DNA from: Roseibacillus sp.
GTDB lineage: Bacteria > Verrucomicrobiota > Verrucomicrobiia > Verrucomicrobiales > Akkermansiaceae
Direction of reading: 5' to 3'
Length of the DNA stretch: 64,000 nucleotides
Assembly: GCA_051251855.1 (NCBI GenBank)
Contig: JBPOGI010000003.1
Coordinates: 541,241 to 605,240, forward strand
Position numbers and translations under genes: made by a program. The notes below the pieces were generated by a model that searched no databases, had not been told where the DNA came from, and worked only from the letters and a program-made list of their open reading frames with translations. This document shows, in pieces, positions 9,472 through 19,443 of this stretch (the stretch's first letter is position 1; every line of letters starts with the position of its first letter).

Positions 9472-10548
9472 ATGTTGCTCAAACTCCGCTATCAATTCTT
9501 CTGCGTCCTTCCGGTTCTTTTTCTGGCGGCCTGCGGTAACAAGGCACCCAGTAATACGGGATTGGGCCCCTCAAGTGGCCTTCGGGAGCAAAAGTTGGCG
9601 GCGTTGGGTTATACTTCGTTACCACTTAAGAAAATTAGCCGCGATTCTCGCTATTCGGGCAAGTTTTTGGTGAATGGTCAGCCTGTTGAGTTGTTGATTG
9701 ATTCGGGTGCGAATTCTACCGACCTTGATACGAGCCTAGCCCCAAAGTTGAATCTTCGTATCGATGATAGTGCGAAGGTGATTTCTCGGGGAGCCTTGGG
9801 ACGTCCGGTGACTTCGAGCGTGGGACTTGGTGTTCTATCCGCAGGACCGGTGTCGGCATTGCCCTTTCCGTTCATGCTGGCCAATGAGTCCCTTGGGACC
9901 ACGGCGACCTCCCGCTATGACGGGCAGGTTGGGCTAGACGCCTTAGAAGCCTTGGGAGCATTGATTGACCTACGCAATGGTAAGATGTGGGTGCCAGGCA
10001 GGAATGCGCGCACGGCAGGAGCACAGAGTATCCGTCCTTTGGGGGAGATGAGTGATTTGGGTTTCAATATTTTGCATCTTCGTCCCGCCAAGGAACTCCC
10101 GCACCTCGTACTGGAGTCGCAGTGGAATGGTAAGTTGGTGACTTGGATTGTGGATACGGGTGCTGAGGTTTCTGTGCTATCGGCCGAAAGTGCGCGCCAA
10201 CTGGGATTGAAGACAGTGGCGAGCTCGGCGCGGATCATCGATGCGTCAGGGGACAACGCGGCGGCGCGGGCGGGTCTCTTTGAGAATGTGGTTTTTGAGC
10301 AGTTGGTGGTGACGGAGTTTCAAGTGGCGGTCATTCCTTTGCCGGTGGTCCGTAAGAACTTTCGAGATCGCAATGGACGTGTTGTGGACGGGATTATCGG
10401 AATGGACTTTTTGGAGAATAGCGGCGCGCTCTTTGATGCTGGGTCACAACTTCTCTATGTGGGTGATGCTGCGCAGAAGGGGGAGGCAATTCCAGCCCGC
10501 ACGCTGGCGAAGGGCAAGAAAGCTCCCGCGCTGGGTATCAGGTGGTAA
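9472..10548 (+). CDS. lipoprotein with two retropepsin-like aspartyl protease domains
   Basis: Lipobox FLAAC; LLIDSGA...DGQVGLD and WIVDTGA...DGIIGMDF. Confidence 0.85.
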   Translation: MLLKLRYQFFCVLPVLFLAACGNKAPSNTGLGPSSGLREQKLAALGYTSLPLKKISRDSRYSGKFLVNGQPVELLIDSGANSTDLDTSLAPKLNLRIDDSAKVISRGALGRPVTSSVGLGVLSAGPVSALPFPFMLANESLGTTATSRYDGQVGLDALEALGALIDLRNGKMWVPGRNARTAGAQSIRPLGEMSDLGFNILHLRPAKELPHLVLESQWNGKLVTWIVDTGAEVSVLSAESARQLGLKTVASSARIIDASGDNAAARAGLFENVVFEQLVVTEFQVAVIPLPVVRKNFRDRNGRVVDGIIGMDFLENSGALFDAGSQLLYVGDAAQKGEAIPARTLAKGKKAPALGIRW

Positions 10549-10587
10549 GTGAGAACGAATGCGGAGCTGCTGCGCTGCGCTTCTCCT

Positions 10588-11445
10588 CTACTCCTCCGCG
10601 GGTTTCTTGACGTCCCAGGCGGTGAGCCAACGGTGTTCTTGGAGGGTGAAGCCGTCAGCAAGAAGGCGCTTTTCCATATCTGGAAAATGGGCCGCTCCGT
10701 AGAAGACTCCGATGTTGGTGGCCCCTTTCTTTTGCTGTGAGGCAAGGACTTGGAAGCACTTGTCGTTGCGGTCGGTGATGACAAGGTTCTTGCCTGTGAT
10801 GGCCGCTGCGGACTCATCACCTTGGTCCATCATCTTCATGTATTCGAGTTTGAGGCCAGTGCCGTCGCCAGAGAGCATGGCCCTCATAACTAGCCCCATG
10901 TTGAGGCCTCCAAAGGGTTTTCCGGTGATTTCGGTCGATTTTACTGAGGTTTGGAGGGCGAAGGCGAGGAGGTCGCCTTCCTTTCCTTCCGTAACTTCCT
11001 GATACTCGGCCATGGTGAGGTCGGCATGAACGAAGTTGTCTTTGGTGTAGTCGATATACTCAATCTGCTCGACGAGCTGCATCGTAGAGGCAAAAGAGCC
11101 ATAAAGGCCTCGAAGTCCTTCTGCTGGGCGGCCATCGGCTTCTGCTGCTTTGTGCGGCTTCCCGTCTAGGGTTTTAGCGGCTTCCTCTCCACCAATGAGC
11201 TCGAAGAGGAGGACGGGGTATTTGGTAAACTCCTGATTGAGGGCTTGGAAGTAGGCTTCGTCAGCGATGTGGATGGCCCCGATGAGGGTGACGAAATTTT
11301 GGTCTTTTTGGTAGCGGGTGACCGAGGTTTGAAGCCGTGCGTGGCCGTCTTTCTCCTCGATGCGAATGAAGTCTGTGGGCTCGGCAGCAGATAGCGTGGC
11401 GGTCGCTACCAGAAAAGGGAGGGATTTGCTAAGTATTTTAAACAT
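10588..11445 (-). CDS. secreted TraB/GumN-like protein
   Basis: Signal peptide; LIGAIHIA, LFE, RN, FYGAAH motifs. Confidence 0.65.
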   Translation of the reverse strand: MFKILSKSLPFLVATATLSAAEPTDFIRIEEKDGHARLQTSVTRYQKDQNFVTLIGAIHIADEAYFQALNQEFTKYPVLLFELIGGEEAAKTLDGKPHKAAEADGRPAEGLRGLYGSFASTMQLVEQIEYIDYTKDNFVHADLTMAEYQEVTEGKEGDLLAFALQTSVKSTEITGKPFGGLNMGLVMRAMLSGDGTGLKLEYMKMMDQGDESAAAITGKNLVITDRNDKCFQVLASQQKKGATNIGVFYGAAHFPDMEKRLLADGFTLQEHRWLTAWDVKKPAEE

Positions 11446-11546
11446 GCTGGCAAGTAAGCAGTGAATGCCTCCTTTGGCGAGGGAAGTGTTTTGAGGCCAC
11501 GCCTGTTCTTGTCTGTGGGCGCGATTGGTTTAGAGTCCGCCCCTAC

Positions 11547-13337
11547 ATGAGCGAACTTTTGCAGTATTGCCCCGATCTCTTCTCCTACCAGCGCCGCGAG
11601 TCGCGCGAGGTGATGGTGGGGCATGTGGGCATTGGAGGGGACAATCCAATTCGGATTCAGTCGATGATCACGAGTGATACTCGGGATGTGGAGGCGAGTG
11701 TGGGGCAGGTGCTCGACCTCGCGGAAGCGGGCTGTGAAATTGTGCGTATCACGGCTCAGACGAGGAAGTATGCGGAGTTCTTAAAGCCGATTTCGGAACA
11801 AGTGCGGGCGGCAGGGGTGGAGGTGCCTTTGGTTGCCGATATTCACTTCAAGCCAGATGCGGCGATGGAGGCGGCGAAGTGGGTGGAGAAGGTGCGAGTG
11901 AATCCCGGTAACTATGCCGACAAGAAGAAGTTTGAGATCCGCGAATATACTGATGAGCAGTATGCGGCGGAGTTGGAGCGGATTCGCGAGCAGTTTGTGC
12001 CGCTGGTGGACCTTTGCAAAGAAAAGGGGCGGGCGATGCGGATCGGGACCAATCATGGTTCGCTTTCGGATCGGATCATGAACCGTTACGGCGACACTCC
12101 TCTCGGAATGGTGGAGAGCGCGCTGGAGTTTGCTCGTTTGGCTCGGGAGAATGACTATCACAATTTTGTATTTTCGATGAAGGCCTCGAATCCCAAGGTG
12201 ATGATCGAGGCCTATCGTTTGTTGGTGGCGAGACTTTATGCGGAGGGAGTCGATTGGAACTACCCGCTGCACCTTGGTGTGACGGAGGCCGGTGATGGCG
12301 AAGATGGTCGCATCAAGTCGGCGATTGGAATTGGTAGTCTCTTGGCTGATGGAGTGGGAGATACCATTCGCGTGAGCCTCACGGAGGATGCTGTGCATGA
12401 GATTCCAGTGGCAAAGGCTTTGGTGGCTGAGTCTCGCGTGCAAGGGGCTGGTTCGACGAACGAGTGGGCGGGGGTGCCAATGTCTTGGGATCCTTTCAGC
12501 TACGAGCGACGTCGCACGGGGGTGGTGTCTTGTGGTGATGTGCCCGTAGGGCGCACGGAGTTGATGCGAGTGTTCACTTCGCGAGAGAAATTTGATGCGG
12601 TGAAGCATAAGTTGGCAGGGCTGGGCGACTTTCAGCCGGAAGTTGTCTCTGAAGATGCCAACGTGCTTGAGCTCGATCCTCGGAACGATGAGGAGATGGC
12701 GGCGGCGAATGCTCTTTCGGAGCGGCAAATCGTGACGGTGCGCGACGGCCTTGAGATGGAGGTGATTTCGGCGTTCCGACTTTTGGCGGCACGGTTACAG
12801 AAGCAGCACCCGATTTTATTGAAGGATGTTTTGACTCCCTCAGCCGATACGCAGAAAGATTTTCTGGAGACGCTCTTGGAGGGGGCGAAGAATTTGGGTT
12901 CGTTGATTTGTGACGGGATTGGTGATGCCATCCTCGTGCAGGGTGAGGTCGCGCCGGGGCAGTCGCTGCGATTGAGTTATAATATTTTACAGGCGGCCGG
13001 TGCTCGCATCTTTAAGACCGATTATGTGGCGTGCCCCAGTTGTGGTCGGACCCTTTTTGATTTGCAGGATACCACGCAGAATATTCGGGCGGCTACTGGT
13101 CACCTGAAGGGAGTGAGGATTGCGATCATGGGTTGTATTGTGAATGGCCCGGGGGAGATGGCAGATGCGGACTTTGGTTATGTGGGAGGAGCCCCGGGTA
13201 AGATTAATCTCTACGTGGGCAAGCAGCCGGTGAAGTTCAATATTCCGGAGGCCGAGGCGGTCGATCGGCTGGTGGATTTAATTAAAGAGCACGACCGTTG
13301 GGTTGAAGCCCCCGAGCCAGTGGCGGAAGAAGTATGA
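11547..13337 (+). CDS. ispG: HMBPP synthase (GcpE), long form
   Basis: PIRIQSM, PLVADIHF, RVNPGN, RIGTNHGSL, HLGVTEAG, ACPSCGR, MGCIVNGPGE. Confidence 0.97.
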   Translation: MSELLQYCPDLFSYQRRESREVMVGHVGIGGDNPIRIQSMITSDTRDVEASVGQVLDLAEAGCEIVRITAQTRKYAEFLKPISEQVRAAGVEVPLVADIHFKPDAAMEAAKWVEKVRVNPGNYADKKKFEIREYTDEQYAAELERIREQFVPLVDLCKEKGRAMRIGTNHGSLSDRIMNRYGDTPLGMVESALEFARLARENDYHNFVFSMKASNPKVMIEAYRLLVARLYAEGVDWNYPLHLGVTEAGDGEDGRIKSAIGIGSLLADGVGDTIRVSLTEDAVHEIPVAKALVAESRVQGAGSTNEWAGVPMSWDPFSYERRRTGVVSCGDVPVGRTELMRVFTSREKFDAVKHKLAGLGDFQPEVVSEDANVLELDPRNDEEMAAANALSERQIVTVRDGLEMEVISAFRLLAARLQKQHPILLKDVLTPSADTQKDFLETLLEGAKNLGSLICDGIGDAILVQGEVAPGQSLRLSYNILQAAGARIFKTDYVACPSCGRTLFDLQDTTQNIRAATGHLKGVRIAIMGCIVNGPGEMADADFGYVGGAPGKINLYVGKQPVKFNIPEAEAVDRLVDLIKEHDRWVEAPEPVAEEV

Positions 13338-13630
13338 AGTCGGTAACTGTTGATAAGCCGCGCACGAAGTCGAAGACCAAGTCGCGCGAGAAGCTGGATT
13401 TGCCTTGGAAGGTGGTGGTCTACGATGATCCCGTGAATTTGATGGAATACGTGACCAAGGTGTTTCAGAAGGTCTTTGGATACTCGCGAGAGAAGGCGGA
13501 AGTCTTGATGCATCAGGTGCATGATGCCAAGCGGTCGGTGGTGTGGTCAGGCAATCGTGAGAAGGCGGAGTACTACGTGCAGCAGCTTCATGCCTTTCAG
13601 CTTCACGCAGGATTGGAGAAGGACGAATGA
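13334..13630 (+). CDS. clpS: ATP-dependent Clp protease adaptor
   Basis: WKVVVYDDPVNLMEYV...LMHQVH; coupled to ispG. Confidence 0.9.
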   Translation: MKSVTVDKPRTKSKTKSREKLDLPWKVVVYDDPVNLMEYVTKVFQKVFGYSREKAEVLMHQVHDAKRSVVWSGNREKAEYYVQQLHAFQLHAGLEKDE

Positions 13631-14178
13631 GGATTGAGCCAACAGAGGAAGGGGGCCTGAGTCTGGTTCTCACTGAGGAGCGTGAATGGGAGCTCTTTGA
13701 GCTTTTGGTGTCGGACGCGGAAGGCCGAGGGGAAGGATGGCTGGCGAAGCGTCTGGGGGTCTTGATGGACGATGAGGAGTGGGATGAACTGGTGGCTCCG
13801 GGTCTGACTGAGCAATTTCAAAGTGACTTGGGGAAGGTTCGGGAGCACTTGCGGCTTGCCTTTGATGCGTCTTTGAAGGTCTTGGCTAAGAAAAAGATTG
13901 AGGAGAAGGAAGAAGGCTTAGAGCTCCCCTTTGACGATGAGGAAGAGGCGGACTGCGGCGCGATTCTGATCGAGAAGGCGGATAGCAGCACGTGGTATAG
14001 CGTCTTGAATCAAGCGCGCTTGGCTTTGGAGGGGAAGTGGAAGTTAGCGGCGCTGGAAGACGAAGAGGATTTTGGCAGTTTGGAAAAAATTGAGTCGGAA
14101 CGATTGGCTGCTTATTTGAGGAGTCGTTTTTACACTCGTATTCAGGCTATTTTGTTGGATTTCTCGATGGAACTCTAG
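13627..14178 (+). CDS. DUF2017-like protein
   Basis: WYSVLNQARLAL motif; coupled to clpS. Confidence 0.65.
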   Translation: MRIEPTEEGGLSLVLTEEREWELFELLVSDAEGRGEGWLAKRLGVLMDDEEWDELVAPGLTEQFQSDLGKVREHLRLAFDASLKVLAKKKIEEKEEGLELPFDDEEEADCGAILIEKADSSTWYSVLNQARLALEGKWKLAALEDEEDFGSLEKIESERLAAYLRSRFYTRIQAILLDFSMEL

Positions 14179-14237
14179 GTTGCCATATTTGGAAAGCTGG
14201 CAGGGAAAGTGAGTGCGTTGCTCTTGGGGCGGTCGCT

Positions 14238-15557
14238 ATGGTGTCGGTCTTGTTTCGCACTTGGACAGCTCGGATTGTGCTCGCCGCTCTCACTATTGAG
14301 GTGGGGCTGGTTTGTAATTTGTTTACGGAGGAAGTTCCGTTCCTGCGCCGGAGTGAAGAGGGGATTTTTCAGAGTTTCCTTTCTTCGATCAGGGAGATGG
14401 ATTCCAAGAATGTGATTTTGGAAACGAATCCGGAGGGCGATGGATGGAGTCTACGCACTTTGGAAAGTCGTCAGGTGGCTTCTGAGTGGGATTTGGTTGA
14501 AGTGCCGCTTGCGAGTGAGCTCTTTGATGGTAAAGCACCCAAACCCTCGGAATATGCCATTCTATTGGCGAAGCTACATCAGTCAGGAGCTCGTAGGCTG
14601 GCCTTTACTCACCCGCTAACTTGGGATGATGCTGCAGAGTTAGAGTTGCGTGCGCTGGATAGTTCTTTGCGCCCTTTTCAAGAGGTCTTACTGCCCCTCG
14701 ATTTGTCGGAAGTTCCCGAGCCAGTGAGGGCTCCCAGTTGGTTGGTAGGCTCTCGCATCACGAAGGCGCAGGTGGTAGGCGATGCTTCCAGCTTGCCAAT
14801 GATGAATCAGGTGACTGTTCCGCCGTCGGTATCGGGGCGCGATGGGGTGGCGTTTGCCTTTCCTGATTTTGGCGGACGGGACTTGCAATATCGTGCTCCC
14901 AGTCGATTGCCAATTTTGACTCGCTGGGAGGATGGCTTTTTGCCGTCTTGGCCGCTGGCGCTTGCGATGCGCTTGGAAGGGGTGAGTCTTTCTGAATTGG
15001 TGATCAAGTCTGGGCAACATGTGCGCATTGGAGCTGAGGGGCCAGTGGTCCCTTTGGATGACTTTGGTCGAGCTAAGATCGAGACGATAGAGGGAAATGT
15101 AGAAGAGCTAGAGATGATCTCGGCCAAGACGCTGTTTCCACTTGGAGAGGTTGACCTCCCGGAACTGAAGCCCGGGGTCGTGCTGGTTGATGCTACGAGT
15201 CCACAGCGCGCTGAGGAAAGTCGCCGTTTGATAGGGGAGGCACGACGTCTGCTACAATTTCCTCGCCCGGGGCCTCCGGAGGTGTTTCGCCGATTGGGGT
15301 TCGGATGGGAGGTTTTGCTCTATTTGCAAATTGTGCTCGTGGCCTTTGTAGCTCTTTATTTACGGCCATTCCCGCAATTGATTGCGTTAGCAGTGCTTTG
15401 TGCAGGATTGTTCTTGTTGGTGTTGGGGCTTTTGAACTGGCGTGGGGTTTGGACCCCGATATTGCCTTTGGTAGTAGCGACGATTATGTCTTGGTGTTTG
15501 GTGGGGTATCTTCAGCAAATCGCGCATCCAGTGGCTCGTAAGAGGGTTTCGAGCTGA
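14238..15557 (+). CDS. membrane protein with a degenerate CHASE2-like extracytoplasmic domain
   Basis: Pattern RLPIL..W...LPSWPLALA, VPLDDFGRAKI, ISAKTL; three C-terminal TMs; no output domain. Confidence 0.5.
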   Translation: MVSVLFRTWTARIVLAALTIEVGLVCNLFTEEVPFLRRSEEGIFQSFLSSIREMDSKNVILETNPEGDGWSLRTLESRQVASEWDLVEVPLASELFDGKAPKPSEYAILLAKLHQSGARRLAFTHPLTWDDAAELELRALDSSLRPFQEVLLPLDLSEVPEPVRAPSWLVGSRITKAQVVGDASSLPMMNQVTVPPSVSGRDGVAFAFPDFGGRDLQYRAPSRLPILTRWEDGFLPSWPLALAMRLEGVSLSELVIKSGQHVRIGAEGPVVPLDDFGRAKIETIEGNVEELEMISAKTLFPLGEVDLPELKPGVVLVDATSPQRAEESRRLIGEARRLLQFPRPGPPEVFRRLGFGWEVLLYLQIVLVAFVALYLRPFPQLIALAVLCAGLFLLVLGLLNWRGVWTPILPLVVATIMSWCLVGYLQQIAHPVARKRVSS

Positions 15558-15623
15558 GCGGAGATTGGAAGGATCCGTAGGATTGCAGTTGCTCTTGGGG
15601 CCAGAGCTTGATGGAGTAGAAGC

Positions 15624-16757
15624 ATGAAGCGAACTCTTTCGATTGCGTGTCTCCTTGTATCCTCCCTTTTGAGCCCTGCTGCGGAGAAGGTCTATGTGGC
15701 TTGTGGCAAAACTGGAATTAGGGTGGCTGATTTTGATAGTGAGACAGGGAAGCTTTCGCAGCTCAATGAGGCCTTGAGCTTGCCGGGCACTGGTTTCTTG
15801 GCTCTTCATCCGGAAAAGCCACTGATGTATGCTACTTGTTATACTGATGGTAAAAAGGGGGAGAATGGAGCGATAGCGGCCTTGGAAATTCTCGAGAACG
15901 GAACCTTGGACGTTCTGAATCGCTCACTCACGAAGAGTGGAGGAGCTTGTCATGTGTCGTTAGATGCCACAGGCCAAGTTGTTTTCGCGGCGAGTTATGG
16001 AAGTGGTTCGGTCGCATCGTTTCAGGTGAAGGAGGATGGTTCGTTGTCTGAGGCGGTTTCCTTTTTTGAGCATGAGGGTTCCAGTATTCTCCCAGGGCGC
16101 CAGAGCGCGTCTCACGCACACTACTTTTCCGCAGGACCGAAGAATCAGTTCGCTTATGTCCCTGACCTCGGTTTGGACAAGGTGGTCATTTATCGATTTG
16201 ATGATGCTTCTGCGGAGTTGACTGCTGCTGGGGCGGCGGAGTTGGAGGGGGGCGCGGGCCCTCGGCATATGAAGTTTTCGAAGGATGGGAAATTTGCTTA
16301 CGTTCTCAATGAATTGAACATCACGGTAACGACTTTTCGCTACAATGAAGAGGATGGGTCATTGAGTGAAGGCGCTACCATTTCGGCTGTGCCGGAGGGG
16401 ACTGATAAAGAGAAGCTGAGCTGCGCAGAAATTGTGGTGCATCCTAATGGCAAGTTTGTTTACACCTCGCAACGGGATCTTCAGACGCGCGGTGAAAATA
16501 GCCCGGTGGGAAGAAACAGTCTCTCGGTCTATCGGGTGAGCCAAGAAGGAACCATCCAACGGATACAGACGATTTCGGCAGGGGTGAGAATTCCTCGTAA
16601 CTTTAATCTGGATCCAACAGGCAAGTGGTTGTTGGCGGGGGGGCAGTCCTCACAGGATGTGCAGGTCTTTTCCGTTGATGATAAAACAGGGAAGCTGACG
16701 GTATCGGGTGAGCCTGTCGCATGCCCAGGAAATCCGATGTGCTTCGTGTTCCGATAA
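15624..16757 (+). CDS. exported lactonase (6-phosphogluconolactonase/Pgl-type beta-propeller)
   Basis: GGACHVSLD, HAH, PDLGLD, GAGPRH, PRNFNLDPTG. Confidence 0.88.
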   Translation: MKRTLSIACLLVSSLLSPAAEKVYVACGKTGIRVADFDSETGKLSQLNEALSLPGTGFLALHPEKPLMYATCYTDGKKGENGAIAALEILENGTLDVLNRSLTKSGGACHVSLDATGQVVFAASYGSGSVASFQVKEDGSLSEAVSFFEHEGSSILPGRQSASHAHYFSAGPKNQFAYVPDLGLDKVVIYRFDDASAELTAAGAAELEGGAGPRHMKFSKDGKFAYVLNELNITVTTFRYNEEDGSLSEGATISAVPEGTDKEKLSCAEIVVHPNGKFVYTSQRDLQTRGENSPVGRNSLSVYRVSQEGTIQRIQTISAGVRIPRNFNLDPTGKWLLAGGQSSQDVQVFSVDDKTGKLTVSGEPVACPGNPMCFVFR

Positions 16758-16769
16758 GCGCTTTGCGGA

Positions 16770-17546
16770 CTATCGAACGACGCCGCGTTCGGTGGTCTCG
16801 ATGAATTTGATAAGGCGCTGGGCACATTCGTTTTGGGCGTCTTCGTGTTCGAGGAAGACGCTGACTTGAGAGCCAAGGTTGAGGTCTTTCTTAAGGAAGA
16901 GCTTTTTGTAGCCGGTCTTGAGTGCGCGAATATCGTTGTCGGAAAAGCCTCGTCGTTGCAGACCGATAACATTGAGTCCACGGGTTGAGGAGGGGTTGCC
17001 GTCGATGATCATGAAGGGAGGAACGTCCTGGGTGACACGAGCCAAGCCCGCGATCATAGAGTGCTCTCCGACTCGGCAGAATTGATGAACGGCGCTCAGG
17101 CCGGAGATGATAGCATGGTCTCCGACGGTGACATGGCCTGCGATAGTGGCGTTGTTGGAGAAAATGGTGTGGTTGCCAACATGGCACTCGTGGGCGACGT
17201 GGGCGTAGCAAAGGAAAAGGTTGTGGTCTCCGATTTGAGTGGGAGTGTCGGGGGTGGTCCCGCGATGAACGGTGACGTTTTCTCGAAAGGTGTTATCGTT
17301 CCCAATGAGCAACTGGGTTTGCTCGCCTTGGTATTTCAGGTCTTGAGTTCGTCCTCCAAGGGCGGCAAAGGGATAAGCATCGCAACGCTCACCGATGATG
17401 GTGTCACGCTCGATGACGACATGACTGCGCAGGCGAGAATTGGCTCCGAGAGTAACGTTATCTCCGATGACGCAATAAGGTCCGATCTCGCAATCGGCGC
17501 CGATTTCAGCTTTTGAAGAGATGATCGCAGTAGGATGGATGGCCAT
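16770..17546 (-). CDS. lpxA: UDP-N-acetylglucosamine acyltransferase
   Basis: IHPTAII hexapeptide repeats, QDLKY, HVAHEC, VHQFCRVG. Confidence 0.95.
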   Translation of the reverse strand: MAIHPTAIISSKAEIGADCEIGPYCVIGDNVTLGANSRLRSHVVIERDTIIGERCDAYPFAALGGRTQDLKYQGEQTQLLIGNDNTFRENVTVHRGTTPDTPTQIGDHNLFLCYAHVAHECHVGNHTIFSNNATIAGHVTVGDHAIISGLSAVHQFCRVGEHSMIAGLARVTQDVPPFMIIDGNPSSTRGLNVIGLQRRGFSDNDIRALKTGYKKLFLKKDLNLGSQVSVFLEHEDAQNECAQRLIKFIETTERGVVR

Positions 17547-17707
17547 GGACCTTTGATTGCAGCAGGTGAAGAGCGGAGAGGAAAGAGGGGAGTGTGGCGT
17601 GAAAAGGGTTATTTTTACGGAGTAAATAAGAAAGATGTGACTCCGAAACTCCTTGGTAACCTCTTAAGAGTGTGGTTGCTAAGGCTGCCAAACTAAACAA
17701 TAAAACG

Positions 17708-18139
17708 ATGCTCAAAGAATTCAAAGAATTTGCTTTTAAAGGCAACTTAATCGATATGGCTGTAGGATTTATCCTCGGTGGTGCTTTCGGAACTGTGGTC
17801 AAGTCACTTGTTGACAACGTGGTCATGCCCCCTTTGGGTGCGATGCTTGCGGGTGTTGACTTTTCAGCGATGAAAAAGGTGATTCAAACAGGAGTTCCCG
17901 CGGTGGAAGCTTCCGAGGACGGTAGCGTCACTGCTACAGCCGAAGTTGCTGAAGTGGCGATCAATTACGGTCAGTTTATTCAAGACTTCATTTCCTTTGT
18001 CGCTCTTGCATTTGTCGTCTTCATTATTGTGAAGAAGGTGATGGGTGCGATGAATAAAGAGGAAGAAGCACCAGCGGAACCACCGAAGCAGGAAGTTCTG
18101 CTCGAAGAGATTCGCGACGCCCTTCAAAAGAAGGCGTAA
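17708..18139 (+). CDS. mscL: large-conductance mechanosensitive channel
   Basis: MLKEFKEFAFKGNLIDMAVG...LLEEIRDAL; ATG 17708. Confidence 0.97.
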   Translation: MLKEFKEFAFKGNLIDMAVGFILGGAFGTVVKSLVDNVVMPPLGAMLAGVDFSAMKKVIQTGVPAVEASEDGSVTATAEVAEVAINYGQFIQDFISFVALAFVVFIIVKKVMGAMNKEEEAPAEPPKQEVLLEEIRDALQKKA

Positions 18140-18160
18140 CAAACGCAGTTACAATTTTTG

Positions 18161-18195
18161 GAAAGACGGCTTCGGGAGACCGAGGCCGTTTTTTG
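18161..18195 (+). terminator. intrinsic terminator after mscL
   Basis: GACGGCTTCGG-GAGA-CCGAGGCCGTT followed by a T tract. Confidence 0.75.
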
Positions 18196-18239
18196 TGCAC
18201 GAATACGAGAAATTTGTAAGACACAGCAAGACGCGACAC

Positions 18240-19364
18240 CTAATTGCGGAAACTGAGAGTTATGCCATCTTTATGGTAACTGTTAGTCAGCAGTTTCTCA
18301 AGTGTTCGGTAATCACGGCCTGCAAGTAACTTCTTGCGGGCCGTGCTGCTGTTGGCTCCCGCGTTTAAGGCGCGGGCGTATTCGCGGAGGCGGGCACCGT
18401 CACCAGCGCCGTCGGAGTGGGCAAAGTAGTTAAATACGAGGAGAGAGTAGGGATAGCCATTGGGGATGTTCTGAAACCCTCGGTAATCAGACTCCATGAA
18501 CTTCTGCAATGAGGTGAGCTCGATAGTTTTGCCGAGATTGTGACCTCCTCCATTGCGGTAGCCGTAGCCGGTGACGTAGCGACGAATAGATTCGCGATGG
18601 TTTTCGAGAAGGAGGGAGTTCTTTTTCATGGGGATGGTGGCGACATATTCCGCGGCTCCTTCCACGAACCAGCCGTCTTTTAAGAGTGGGCCACGCATCA
18701 TCATGTGGGTGGCTTCGTGCATGAGAGTTTGGTTGCTCCGATCGAGGTCGAGGGCATAGCTGTCGCGTTTCTTTTCGAGCCCAAGTCCTTCGAAGGGAAC
18801 GAGAATGAGATCAGGATCAGTGAGGTAGATGCCTCCTGAGCCGGGGGCGCCGCCTTCGCGCAGATAGTGAGTGTAGTCTTCGATGAGACGTACCTTGAGG
18901 TTTCTATCGTTTCCGTTCTGCAGGCGGTGAAGGCCAATAGGGAGGCGGCTGCAGTAGAGGTGGGTGAGCTCAAAGAGAGCGGTGAACTCTCGCACAACAT
19001 GATCGCGTAGCGGGGCATCTGAAACGAACTCGAAATGCTCGCTGCGGTAGGTCCAGTTTTTCTTCTGCTCGTTAGCGGCGACTTTTTTAATCGTCAGGTT
19101 GAGGGGCAGCGCCATCTGTCTTTGGGTGGGCCAAGTGCGATGAACGGTGGGAGCGACCCTTGGTGGGGTTGGGGGGACTGATGTTCCTAGAAAGGGCTTG
19201 GGGCGTAGAGCGGCCGTGGGAAGTGACGTCTGAGCTACTTTGGTAAGACGGCTTTGAAAGCGCTCGCCAGCTTCAAGTAGAGCGGAGTCGTCCTGCCACG
19301 TTTGTATCTGTCGTCCGAAGAGAACAAGAAACGTCAGCCAAAGGGTGAGTTGGGCGGCTTTCAA
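18240..19364 (-). CDS. putative zinc metallopeptidase (HExxH; DUF1570/peptidase MA-like)
   Basis: MHEATH...WFVEGAAEY; start uncertain (TTG 19364 precedes a hydrophobic segment; ORF open to 19460). Confidence 0.65.
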   Translation of the reverse strand: MKAAQLTLWLTFLVLFGRQIQTWQDDSALLEAGERFQSRLTKVAQTSLPTAALRPKPFLGTSVPPTPPRVAPTVHRTWPTQRQMALPLNLTIKKVAANEQKKNWTYRSEHFEFVSDAPLRDHVVREFTALFELTHLYCSRLPIGLHRLQNGNDRNLKVRLIEDYTHYLREGGAPGSGGIYLTDPDLILVPFEGLGLEKKRDSYALDLDRSNQTLMHEATHMMMRGPLLKDGWFVEGAAEYVATIPMKKNSLLLENHRESIRRYVTGYGYRNGGGHNLGKTIELTSLQKFMESDYRGFQNIPNGYPYSLLVFNYFAHSDGAGDGARLREYARALNAGANSSTARKKLLAGRDYRTLEKLLTNSYHKDGITLSFRN

Positions 19365-19443
19365 AGGGGTGATACTAAGGATGACCAAAATGCTGTCTAG
19401 TCCCTTGTGTTTTCGCTTTATTTTGTCCGGATGTGAGTCGGCC

